Below are positions 1-9,091 of a stretch of 64,000 nucleotides of DNA, piece by piece. The DNA lies in the NCBI GenBank assembly GCA_963666285.1, contig OY762711.1; one strand, 5' to 3'. Under the pieces are notes generated by a model. The model was given only the letters and a program-made list of their open reading frames with translations. It made no database searches and was not told the DNA's origin. This DNA comes from Sedimentisphaerales bacterium. Its GTDB lineage: Bacteria; Planctomycetota; Phycisphaerae; Sedimentisphaerales; SM23-30. Position numbers and translations under genes: made by a program. Numbering within the stretch: the stretch's first letter is position 1; each line of letters opens with the position of its first letter.

Positions 1-606
1 TGGGGCGAAGAAATGAATGGTAACTGCTGGCGGACTACCGGTGATATTGTTGACACCTGGAGTAGTCTGTACAGTATTGGTTTTTCCCAGGATAAGCAAT
101 GGAAGTATGCAAAGCCAGGGTGTTGGAATGATCCGGATATGTTAATTGTCGGCCAGGTTGGCTGGGGTCCAAATTTACACCCGACTCGCCTTACTCCAGA
201 TGAGCAATACACCCATATCAGTTTATGGAGTCTGTTGTCAGCACCGCTTTTGATTGGTTGCGATCTGACAAAGCTGGATGATTTTACATTAAGCCTTTTA
301 ACAAATGATGAAGTACTGGATGTTAACCAGGATCCGTTAGGCAAGCAGGCACGCAGGCTATATAACGATTCTGATATGCAGATTTGGGCCAAAGAGATGG
401 AAGACGGCTCTGTGGCGGTAGGTTTGTTTAATTTACATGGATTCAAATCCCAGTCAATAACTGTTAACTGGTCAGATCTTGGCATAAAGGGTAAATATAA
501 AGTAAGAGATCTATGGCGTCAAAAAGATATCGGAAGCTTTAAAAAATCGTTTACTGCTGACGATGTTCCGGTTCATGGCGTTAAATTGATTTCAATCAGT
601 AAATAG
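1..606 (+). CDS. Alpha-galactosidase, GH27 (C-terminal part; 5' end lies outside the window)
   Basis: Frame is open from position 1. GH27 motifs WRTTGDI, WNDPDML and SLWSLLSAPLLIGCDL, then the C-terminal beta-domain VRDLW...VPVHGV. Confidence 0.93.
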   Translation, partial: WGEEMNGNCWRTTGDIVDTWSSLYSIGFSQDKQWKYAKPGCWNDPDMLIVGQVGWGPNLHPTRLTPDEQYTHISLWSLLSAPLLIGCDLTKLDDFTLSLLTNDEVLDVNQDPLGKQARRLYNDSDMQIWAKEMEDGSVAVGLFNLHGFKSQSITVNWSDLGIKGKYKVRDLWRQKDIGSFKKSFTADDVPVHGVKLISISK

Positions 607-787
607 TATTTATTGTGTTTAATGTTCATAATATGTCCTCAAAAAGGTTATAAGTAATGTAAGCCGTGGTACTTGGATAGTAAATCAGCGAGAGAATCAT
701 AATTTATATTATTGTACGAGTTAAAAGCTAAATACAGTTTTTATAACCTTAAAAGTTCAACGAGCGAGATTCCCTCTCTCTGTTGAA

Positions 788-824
788 GAAAACCTCGTTT
801 TTGGTAACAAGAACGAGGTTTTTT
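788..824 (+). terminator. Intrinsic terminator-like hairpin downstream of GH27
   Basis: AAAACCTCGTTTTTG-GTAA-CAAGAACGAGGTTTT stem with a GNRA loop, ending in a T-run. Confidence 0.75.
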
Positions 825-1158
825 CGTTTGGATTTACAGCAAATGCGGTTTTGCAAGTTTAGTTATGTATCATTCTTGTCCAAAATAAATTTTAACAAGA
901 GTGATTTTGGTTTTATAAGGAAGGTGATTAAGTTCCAAGTGAATGGTAACATTGAAATAAGGAGACGTACTCCTTTAATTTCACTTTGCCTGAATGATAT
1001 AAGGAATAAAAGATATATGGAATATTTCTTAGGTATTGTACTTATTCAAACGATTAGCTGTATTAAATTGTTGAAGGTGATATCTAAATATTGTAAAAAG
1101 ACTTTCGAATGGTGTATAAGTTGTTATAATATTAGGTTGATAATAGGATAATAGATAA

Positions 1159-2400
1159 GTGATAAATATAAAATTATATGACAGTAAAAATTGCCCGTGT
1201 CCTTCTGATTGCAAGCGTCGGGGAAAATGCAGAGAATGTTGTGAGTTTCATCATAATCGCGGTGACCAGACATATTGTGAATATATGGTGGCAAAAGTGA
1301 GTTCAGATAACAAAGCTCCAGCTTCGCCGGAAAGATCCATTGCGAGTGGCAGAAAGTTGCGTCTTTTGGATTACGGTCCTTGTGCAGGGTGAGTGGGGAA
1401 ATTAAATCCGACCACGTTGGCCGGAATCTTAGAACGATTACCCAAATATGAAACTGCGAACCTATTGGTTGGTATAGATACGATGGATGATGCCGGCGTA
1501 TTTCAGATTTCATCGAATATGGCATTAGTGCAAACTGTAGATTTTTTCTATCCTGTAGTTAACGATCCTCGTGCATTCGGTCGAATTGTAGCGGCCAATA
1601 GTTTATCCGATATTTGGGCGATGGGGGCGAAAGCCATGACAGCGATGAATCTGTTGTCTTACCCGGCAGGAAAGATTGATGTGTCAGGCATTGAAGAACT
1701 TCTTGCAGGTGGTAGTGAGAAGCTAACCGAGGCAAACGTTGCTTTAGTTGGTGGTCATACCATGGAACAGGAAGATCTGGTTTATGGTATGAGTGTTACA
1801 GGAGTAGTTTCTCCTGATGCAGTTGTGACCAACAGCAGGGCTCGTGTAGGAGATGTGTTGCTGTTGACCAAACCTTTGGGAACAGGTGTCTATTCAAATG
1901 CACTCAAGGAAGAAGGAATGTTGCCGGCCAATGATTATGCAGCGTTTGTCGGCAGTATGGAACGTTTAAATATGTATGCCGCGTCGATTCTGAGTAAATT
2001 CGATGTTAGTGCAATAACCGATGTGACCGGTTTTGGACTATTGGGCCATGCTTTGCCCATGGCGAGGAATGGTGGAGTTTCTTTGGTTATCGAAAGCGGA
2101 AAAGTACCACATCTTCCGGATATATTTGAATATTTATCCCGGTATTATCCTTTGGGCGTATGTAAATGTAAAGAATATGTTATGGCAGCGACAAACTGTG
2201 CATCGGCAGTTACTGATGCCGCAATGTCATTATTGTCTGAAGCCCAGACCTCAGGAGGGCTGCTGGTTGCGATTAGAGCCGGTCAAGTATCAGAAGCTGT
2301 GGCAGCGTTGCATGAATGTGGCGACCCGTATACGGCGATAATTGGGTATGTAAAGGAAGGGCCGGGTTCGCCTGACGGAGAGTACTTGATTATTACTTAG
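1159..2400 (+). CDS. selD: Selenide,water dikinase (selenophosphate synthetase), selenocysteine-containing, with an N-terminal Cys-rich extension; 413 aa via UGA readthrough at 1390-1392
   Basis: ORFs 1159-1392 and 1393-2400 are in frame and separated only by TGA, giving LRLLDYGPCAG-U-VGKL, the SelD catalytic Cys/Sec-x-x-K position. Downstream motifs: DDAGV, QTVDFF, AANSLSDIWAMG, GGHT, LTKPLGTG, DVTGFGLLGH, QTSGGLL. Confidence 0.92.
1407..1425 (+). promoter_or_regulatory. Candidate bacterial SECIS hairpin
   Basis: TCCG-A-CCA-[CGT]-TGG-C-CGGA stem-loop. The apical loop begins about 22 nt after the UGA and has G at loop position 2, which fits the general bacterial SECIS model. Confidence 0.6.
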
Positions 2401-2558
2401 CATTTTAATGTGGTATCACGCAGGTATTTATTTATCTGAATGCTGACAGGTGTTTTGAATAGTGTTTATGAGGAAGGTAAAAGTTGGTGCTTCAATTTGC
2501 TATCAATCAAGTATCGGGAAGAGAATAAGGTTGTTTGGTAATACAATTGAAATTCTTA

Positions 2559-2740
2559 AGGCTACCTGAAAATTCATTTTGTGCAGCGAACAGGCACTTC
2601 GTGTGCGGCGAGAAAGATTTTGCATGCCGAACTGCGTCATATTACCCCTTAAATATCGTCAAATATGCACGCATAAAATTTCCTTGTCAGCAAACAAAAT
2701 ATCTAGATTTCGCATCAAAAGCAATTTCCAGAGGCAATTT
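2559..2740. repeat. Palindromic MITE-like repeat, divergent longer copy
   Basis: Shares CTGAAAATTCATTTTG, AATATGCACG, TTCCTTGTCAGCAA and CGCATCAAAAGCAATTTCCAGAGG with the copies at 3675, 7800 and 18239. Confidence 0.8.
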
Positions 2741-3195
2741 AAATATTATGGATTAGTTAATTGTCAGGTTCTTTTAGTTTGAGAGCTTAATAGATTGTCT
2801 AAAAACATGTTACAATAATATGTAGATCCTGATTGTTCAGCTTGAGTAATAAATTATGTTGCAGGTTATCTTCAAGGCTATCCTGAATAAAATAATAGTG
2901 TGTTTTTTCTACCAGCAGGATCTGATGACTATGGTGATTTCGAAAAAAAAGCATCTTCTCGATTAGCTTAATTCCGACTCAAATGATACAGAAATGGTAA
3001 TGAGTTCTATGAAAATTTTAGTTTCAAGTTACTATTTTTAGACGATTTGGGTTAATACAAGCAGGACCTGAAAAGTTGAAATTATTCATTTTGTAAGTCA
3101 GAACTTCTTTATACTGCGATATTTGGGATAAATCCATATGGTATTTTTCATTATTGAAGGGAAGTACAAAATTTGAATAAAATGCAAATTTAAAC

Positions 3196-3225
3196 TTGAC
3201 CATAAAAAACGTTTAATGGTATAAT
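3196..3225 (+). promoter_or_regulatory. Sigma70-type promoter
   Basis: TTGACC-N18-TATAAT with an extended -10 (TGgTATAAT). Confidence 0.6.
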
Positions 3226-3674
3226 CGGCTTAATAGTTATAATTGAATTTAATTTAGTTATAAACTAAGAAATAGTGCAATGTAAAAAGTAAAGATGGGA
3301 AGTGTAAGTTTTATTTATGGATAGGTCAATTGTGTAATTTGAATAACGTTATTATTTTCTAATAATGTCAGATTATTTAGTTTGGATGAATTTAATTTCC
3401 TGTACTGGCTTATTTCTCGTCTATTTATTTACTTGCTTCAAAATATATTAAACAAACAATTAAGTCAAAGTTATCTTTCTGTTCTTTGAATTTGCTTTCT
3501 TGCCTCACTTCTGCATAGATGATATTTGGCTTTTACTTGTAACAATGTTTTTAACTCAAAAGAGTTTGCTATTATATAAGTTTTAACTTTGTTTTTTGCA
3601 CATTAGATTTGTTATAGAGTTATATTTTTGGAGTTTCTGTGTTGAAGCGGAAGATATTGCCAAGATAAGGTTTA

Positions 3675-3835
3675 AGGTACCATCTGAAAATTCATTTTGA
3701 GCGACTAGTTTTTCTTTTGTTGCTGACATGTGTCACATGAAACAGTGAATATATTTCAATATGCACGATTTAATGTTTCTTGTCAGTGACCAAAATCTTA
3801 AACTAACGCATCAAAAGCAATTCCTGAGGTCACTT
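3675..3835. repeat. Palindromic MITE-like repeat
   Basis: Closely similar to 7800-7962 and 18239-18400, with imperfect terminal inverted repeats. Confidence 0.88.
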
Positions 3836-4010
3836 AATATATAATTGTACTTTGCATATAGGAGGAATATTACAAAGAGCTTATCGCAAACTTTGGTCTC
3901 AATTATTTGTATTTCGAGAATGCCAGGGGGGTATGGTTTATGACACTGGTATGCAATGATTGCCCTTTACTTATTCATTTATACTGGATAAGTGATAGAC
4001 TTAAAAGTGT

Positions 4011-4256
4011 GTTTTATATTTTGCATTTTATACAAGGCACACTTTTGACTGTTCAACGTTTTATGCAAAGGCCAGACGTGCCAATTAAGTGAAAAATGAA
4101 TAATGATAAGTGAAAAATCAAGGTGTTTCCCGATGCTCATCGGGATTTCGCTTTGCTCAACATTGTGTCTTACGTTTCATTTAAATTGAAGGAGTTGCAG
4201 GAAGGACCGTTTAGGCGATTTTTACGACTTAAAAACTTCGAAAGTTAACTAAGAAC
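4011..4256 (+). ncRNA. Unrecognised structured RNA-like element, copy 1
   Basis: Homologous to 4410-4656. Invariant blocks and several stems show compensatory or G-U-compatible changes between the copies (see findings). Confidence 0.6.
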
Positions 4257-4409
4257 AGGTTTAAACTATACTAAAACATGCAAGTTATGCTACTAAAAAT
4301 TTAGATTTCCTGTCTGAGTACTGTGTTTAATTATTACATTATCATTAAGTGCATTTCAAGCGGTTAAATATGATTATACACTAGATTTATAAATTGTTTA
4401 TGAATGTTC

Positions 4410-4656
4410 GGTTTATGCTTTGCATCATATGCATTATGCACTTTTGACTGTTCAACGTTACATGCAAAGGCCAGACAGTGTCAATTAAGTGAATAATTTA
4501 TAGTGAAGTGAAAAATTAAGGTGTCCTGATGTACGTTGACATCAGGAATAATTCGCTATCGTCTCACGCTTTGTTTAAACATAAGTGTTGCATTAAGGCC
4601 CTCTTAGGTAATTATTGCAACTTAAAAACTGCGAAAGTTAACAGAATCAAAGAACA
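4410..4656 (+). ncRNA. Unrecognised structured RNA-like element, copy 2
   Basis: Homologous to 4011-4256 (offset 399 nt at the 5' core). Ends about 105 nt upstream of the ATG at 4762. Confidence 0.6.
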
Positions 4657-4761
4657 ATAAATTCTTTCTTAGAAGAAAGAGAGGAGGTATTATCAGGATA
4701 ACTATTTTGTCACTTGGTTGTTATTGAATAAATTTCTAAATCTTTTGGAGGTACAGTTGCT

Positions 4762-7653
4762 ATGAAAGCAAAAAAATGGTTTTTATGTATTTCAATCTTG
4801 TGTTTAATGGGCAGCAGCTTTGCGTTTGGCAGTTCGCCTGTGATTGATGGTTTGATGTTTCATATTGATGCAAGCGAGATTACCGGTCTAAACGATGGAG
4901 ATGCGTTGACGGAATGGCCGGCTACCGCTGGTGATGACCCGACAATCAAAGGCAGCCCAACCCCGACTTATGTTGCGGACAGCGGAAACGGAACCCCGGC
5001 TGTAAGTTTTGTTGGCGGCGACAGTTATTTGAAATTCACCAGGATGACCAATATAAGAACGGTATTCTGGGTAATAAAAGAAAGCGATAATCCAGCAAAC
5101 ACTTTAGGATTCCTTCTAGGTGATGGTTCAGTATATCATTTCCACCGAGCTGACCCTCCAACAGCCCTGTTTAACTCAAATACCCATGAGAATATTACAA
5201 ATGGTATTACAAAGCTAAATGGTCATACGATTGATGGCACACGTGTTAATGCGCCAACAGATCTTTCTGTATTGAGCTTAAGAACTACCGGTGATGTAAT
5301 AGCTGAAAGTTTTTCTAAAGACCGTAGTGAAATGCAAAGAGGATGGGACGGTCAGCTGGCTGAACTACTCATTTATAATCGAGAGTTGACGTCAAAAGAA
5401 GAAGCACTGGTGGGATACTATCTTTCTGAAAAATATGGATTAACTACTAGTTATACAAATCCAGGCACTTTTGTGCAGAATTTAGCTCCGGAAGACGGAA
5501 GTATTGCCTATGATCTTAATGAGACAGAGCTCAGCTGGGCAGGCTATGGAGTTAGCGATCCTGTTTACAAACTGTACTACGATACAGATAGCGATCCGAA
5601 TAATGGTACTATGGTTGAAGTGGCAGGAACTTCACAAACCATTACCTTGGCAGTTGGCCAGCAATACTGGTGGCATGTATCAATGACAGGTGGCGGTACT
5701 ACTATCTGGACGCCGGTTAGTACATTTACTGCTGATGGTAAAGTTGACAGCCCGGCTCCTGCTGATGGTCCTTACCTTGCTTCGCCGGAAACAGCCTTGA
5801 GCTGGCGTGCAATTGATGCGGACGGTGTTAGTTATGATGTTTATTTTGGAACAGATGAAAATCCTCAAAAAATTGCGACAGTATCGGAAGCTACATACAC
5901 ACCTGATCCTGTTCTTGATCCTAATACTGCCTATTACTGGCGTATTGATACTGTACAAAATGGCACTACTATAACCGGAGATGTCTGGAGCTTCACAACT
6001 GGTTACCTTGCAGATTACTGGACATTTGATGGAGACCTGACAAGTTCAATTCCAGATACTGTTAGTTGTACCCGTACTGCTGACCACTTTGCAGAAGGCT
6101 TTATTGGCGAAGGTCAGGCTATAGAATTCCTGAATTCCAGTGATGCAGAAATAGCAAATCCGGCTAAATTCAGTACAGATGATTTTGATCCGGCCGGTAG
6201 CTGGTCATTTAGTTTCTGGGAATACAGCTATGATACAGGCGGCGGTTGGGAGACAATCCTTGGTTGTGGTAGTGATTCCGGTTATGAAGAATTTGAATTT
6301 GGACGATATAACTCTAATCGTTATGTTCTTGGTGTAAATAATTCGTCATATGCAGCCACTGCAAATGATTCAAGTTATCTTCGAGAAGGCTGGCATTGTC
6401 ACGTAATTTCCTATGATGCTCCTACCGAAACAGTAGCCTGGTACATAAATGGCTATCAGGTATTAGCTTATGAGGGTGAGGTAATGGACCTTGGAGATAA
6501 TTATGTATATATCGGTAATGTTAAAAACAATTCACAGCCGTTTATTGGTAAAGTTGATGACTTTAAGGTCTATAACTATCCATTAACTTCCGATCAGGTT
6601 CTGCAGGCTTATATTGATGGTGTAAATGGTGCTCCGATCAATCCTAAGCCGGTTAGCGGCACTACTGGAGTTGCCTGGGATGTTACCCTGGAATGGAGTT
6701 TTGCTGAAGAGCCAATAGCTGTAAGTATAGAGCTTGGCACTCAGGCAGATCTTTCTGATGCAACACCAATTGCCCTGGCAGCAGATGCAACCAGTTTTGA
6801 TGTAACAACAGCACTAGGTAACCTTGCTACTTCTACAGGATATTTCTGGCGGGTAACAGCTACATATTCTGATAAAACTGTTTCGGGGCCAATCTGGTAC
6901 TTTGTTGTTCGTGATCTAGAAGGTGACTTAAATGATGATTTGTCGGTTAATATGGTTGATTTTGGCCAGATTGCCGATAAATGGATGGATGACTCTCATG
7001 TGATTGTCCAGTCTGGTACGAAGTTTAACTTTATTGATCAGGAAGCCTGGGATACAACAGGCGGAGATCCTAATTTAGCTAATTATGATGCCTATGTAGC
7101 TCCGAGCGTTGACTGGGGTGCTTCTGAAATGGTAATTAATACTGATCCTACACCAGGTGATGATAATTATACTCCACCAAGTCAGACATTGGTATGGAGA
7201 ACCACTCAAGGTGACCCAGGCCAACAGCAGCTTGCAGGTATTGTATTCCTGGATAACTATGACTTCAATCAATTTGATAAGTTTGGTGTCTGGGTATATC
7301 AAAGAGACTGTGATGGCAATATGGAATATCGTCCATTGGATATGGACAATAATCGCCCATTCACTCAGACCTTATGGGGCTTTGGTTCTAATAATGATCA
7401 ATGGCATAATTATGAATGGGATATTAATGCTGAAGCCGAATCAAATATCCGTAAGATAGACCTTTGGGTAGGCGATAATGAATTCTCAATAGAGTTTGGC
7501 AATTTCTATCTGTTGAAGGAAGGAGAAGATGTAGAGATGTGTCTGGTAGAAAATGTAATTATTGAGGATTTGAATAGCGACTGCCAGGTCGATATTACTG
7601 ATTTTGAGATTATTGTACAGAATTGGTTGCTGGATGCCAGTAATCCTCAGTAA
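4762..7653 (+). CDS. Secreted multidomain protein (LamG/concanavalin-like domains, FN3-like repeats, split dockerin-like repeats)
   Basis: GGAGG RBS and signal peptide. LamG-like motifs GQLAELLIYNRELT and FIGKVDDFKVYNYPLT; YYWRID...GDVWSFTT repeats; GDLNDDLSVNMVDF and EDLNSDCQVDITDF EF-hand-like repeats. Confidence 0.85.
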   Translation: MKAKKWFLCISILCLMGSSFAFGSSPVIDGLMFHIDASEITGLNDGDALTEWPATAGDDPTIKGSPTPTYVADSGNGTPAVSFVGGDSYLKFTRMTNIRTVFWVIKESDNPANTLGFLLGDGSVYHFHRADPPTALFNSNTHENITNGITKLNGHTIDGTRVNAPTDLSVLSLRTTGDVIAESFSKDRSEMQRGWDGQLAELLIYNRELTSKEEALVGYYLSEKYGLTTSYTNPGTFVQNLAPEDGSIAYDLNETELSWAGYGVSDPVYKLYYDTDSDPNNGTMVEVAGTSQTITLAVGQQYWWHVSMTGGGTTIWTPVSTFTADGKVDSPAPADGPYLASPETALSWRAIDADGVSYDVYFGTDENPQKIATVSEATYTPDPVLDPNTAYYWRIDTVQNGTTITGDVWSFTTGYLADYWTFDGDLTSSIPDTVSCTRTADHFAEGFIGEGQAIEFLNSSDAEIANPAKFSTDDFDPAGSWSFSFWEYSYDTGGGWETILGCGSDSGYEEFEFGRYNSNRYVLGVNNSSYAATANDSSYLREGWHCHVISYDAPTETVAWYINGYQVLAYEGEVMDLGDNYVYIGNVKNNSQPFIGKVDDFKVYNYPLTSDQVLQAYIDGVNGAPINPKPVSGTTGVAWDVTLEWSFAEEPIAVSIELGTQADLSDATPIALAADATSFDVTTALGNLATSTGYFWRVTATYSDKTVSGPIWYFVVRDLEGDLNDDLSVNMVDFGQIADKWMDDSHVIVQSGTKFNFIDQEAWDTTGGDPNLANYDAYVAPSVDWGASEMVINTDPTPGDDNYTPPSQTLVWRTTQGDPGQQQLAGIVFLDNYDFNQFDKFGVWVYQRDCDGNMEYRPLDMDNNRPFTQTLWGFGSNNDQWHNYEWDINAEAESNIRKIDLWVGDNEFSIEFGNFYLLKEGEDVEMCLVENVIIEDLNSDCQVDITDFEIIVQNWLLDASNPQ

Positions 7654-7687
7654 ATATTAACTTCTTACTTATTTAGTGTAAACTATG

Positions 7688-7717
7688 GCCTCCGGTGTAA
7701 AAACCGGGGGCTTTTTT
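7688..7717 (+). terminator. Intrinsic terminator
   Basis: GCCTCCGGT-GTAAAA-ACCGGGGGC followed by TTTTTT. Confidence 0.85.
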
Positions 7718-7799
7718 ATATGCTTTGCGTTTTAAGCTTATATTTTGTAATGCAAGTAGACATTTTATATGCAATGAGGTTATGGTGCCGGAATATTAT

Positions 7800-7962
7800 A
7801 GGCAACCTCTGAAAATTCATTTTGAGCGACTAGTTTTTCTTTTGCCTGCTGACATGTGTCACATAAAACAGTAAATATAGCCCAATATGCACTATTTTAT
7901 GTTCCTTGTCAGCAACCAAAATCTTAAACTATCGCATCAGAAGCAATTTCCAGAGGTCACCT
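7800..7962. repeat. Palindromic MITE-like repeat
   Basis: TIRs AGGCAACCTCTGAAAATT...AATTTCCAGAGGTCACCT, with TATA on both sides of the GG...CC core. Confidence 0.9.
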
Positions 7963-8332
7963 ATATTTGTATGTAAAAGGAATTCCATGAAACTATATTA
8001 AGCCCCCAAAAAGTCAATAATAATGGGGCTTGTTTTATAGATATCCGTGTGCTACAATAACAGCTGATTACTAATAAGGGTATTTCTAAAAATTTATATT
8101 ATCGACAAAAATGATTTGGACTTTTACTTGTTGACTGCGACTTATTATAGTGCTGATATCAGCAATATTTATGACTTTATGTTTGGAGTCAGCCGACAAA
8201 GCAGGATGTTCTAGGATTATATATTTCTTGAGATATTTTGAATATAGTAGTGTGTATAAAGGCGCGTAATTAATGTGGTTAATTATGTGATTGCCTATTC
8301 TATAGTGTCTATATTTTTAAGGAGGTAATGTT

Positions 8333-8935
8333 ATGAAAAAGCTGATCGTTTTAGTGTGTTTGTTTGGGTTTGCTATTGGTGTAAATGCAGGTATGCTTCC
8401 TATAACCAATAGTGGTTTTGAGAGTGGTTTTGCTGACTGGACACAAAACCCAATTGGGGAAGGTTCTACAATATCGATAACTTCGGAAGCATATAGCGGT
8501 AGTTCTGCAGCACTACTGACAACCGATTGGCAGAGCGGAGTTGGTGTAAAAAGCGAAATAATACAAGTTACAACGACTGGCTCGATTACTCCTGGTACCG
8601 CTTATGACTTTGAAATCTATGTAAAAGGTGTAATGGGGGTAGGAGGAGTAGCATGGGCAGAAATTATGTGGTTGGATACAGATGCCAGTGATGGTGGAGG
8701 AGTAAAAGGCAGTAGTGGTTTGATTAATCTTTTTGCCGGGCTTGACAGCAGTAATTATCAACTGAAAGGTGGTACTTACATTGCTGCAGCCGGGGCAGAT
8801 GCGGCGCAAATTTCAATTCGTTGTGAAGGTGGTGCAATGGCAGCGGTCAATACGCTTTATGTTGATGCCGTTCCAGAACCTGCATCATTAGGACTGCTGG
8901 TTATTGGCAGTCTTTTGCTTCGTCGCCAGAGATAA
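8333..8935 (+). CDS. PEP-CTERM sorting domain protein with a CBM4/9-like carbohydrate-binding domain
   Basis: AAGGAGG RBS and signal peptide. ITNSGFESGFADW and EAYSGSSA motifs. C-terminus VPEPASLGLLVIGSLLLRRQR. Confidence 0.9.
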   Translation: MKKLIVLVCLFGFAIGVNAGMLPITNSGFESGFADWTQNPIGEGSTISITSEAYSGSSAALLTTDWQSGVGVKSEIIQVTTTGSITPGTAYDFEIYVKGVMGVGGVAWAEIMWLDTDASDGGGVKGSSGLINLFAGLDSSNYQLKGGTYIAAAGADAAQISIRCEGGAMAAVNTLYVDAVPEPASLGLLVIGSLLLRRQR

Positions 8936-8955
8936 ATGAATAAATATCAAATCTG

Positions 8956-8991
8956 AAAAGGCAATCCTGAATATATTGGGATTGTCTTTTT
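8956..8991 (+). terminator. Intrinsic terminator/attenuator hairpin between the PEP-CTERM gene and GH16
   Basis: AAAAGGCAATCC...GGATTGTCTTTTT. Confidence 0.7.
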
Positions 8992-9091
8992 GGCATTTTT
9001 ATTAGTAGTAAGTGAAGAAGAGATATATTTTCTATTAATCTATTATATGTTTTGCTTAAATAAGAATAAATCAAAAGTAAAGGGAACTGTT

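Noticed and set aside
783..1151. 122-aa ORF
   Set aside because: TTG start inside a terminator hairpin, no RBS, no recognisable motif, AT-rich intergenic composition.
1159..1392. Stand-alone 77-aa Cys-rich protein and a separate 335-aa SelD starting at 1393
   Set aside because: Both are in frame across a TGA at the SelD catalytic position, so one recoded gene explains them better.
2535..2782. Two short ORFs (73 aa and 67 aa)
   Set aside because: They lie on the palindromic MITE copy and are probably chance ORFs.
3907..4092. 61-aa ORF as a leader peptide of the RNA motif
   Set aside because: TTG start, and the reading frame is not preserved in the second copy.
4011..4656. CRISPR array or known riboswitch (c-di-GMP, cobalamin, glycine, T-box)
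   Set aside because: Only two long diverged units, no repeat-spacer periodicity, no cas genes, and the signature sequences of those riboswitches are not visible.
8990..9091. N-terminal extension of the GH16 ORF
   Set aside because: Begins inside a terminator; the signal peptide starts at ATG 9092.
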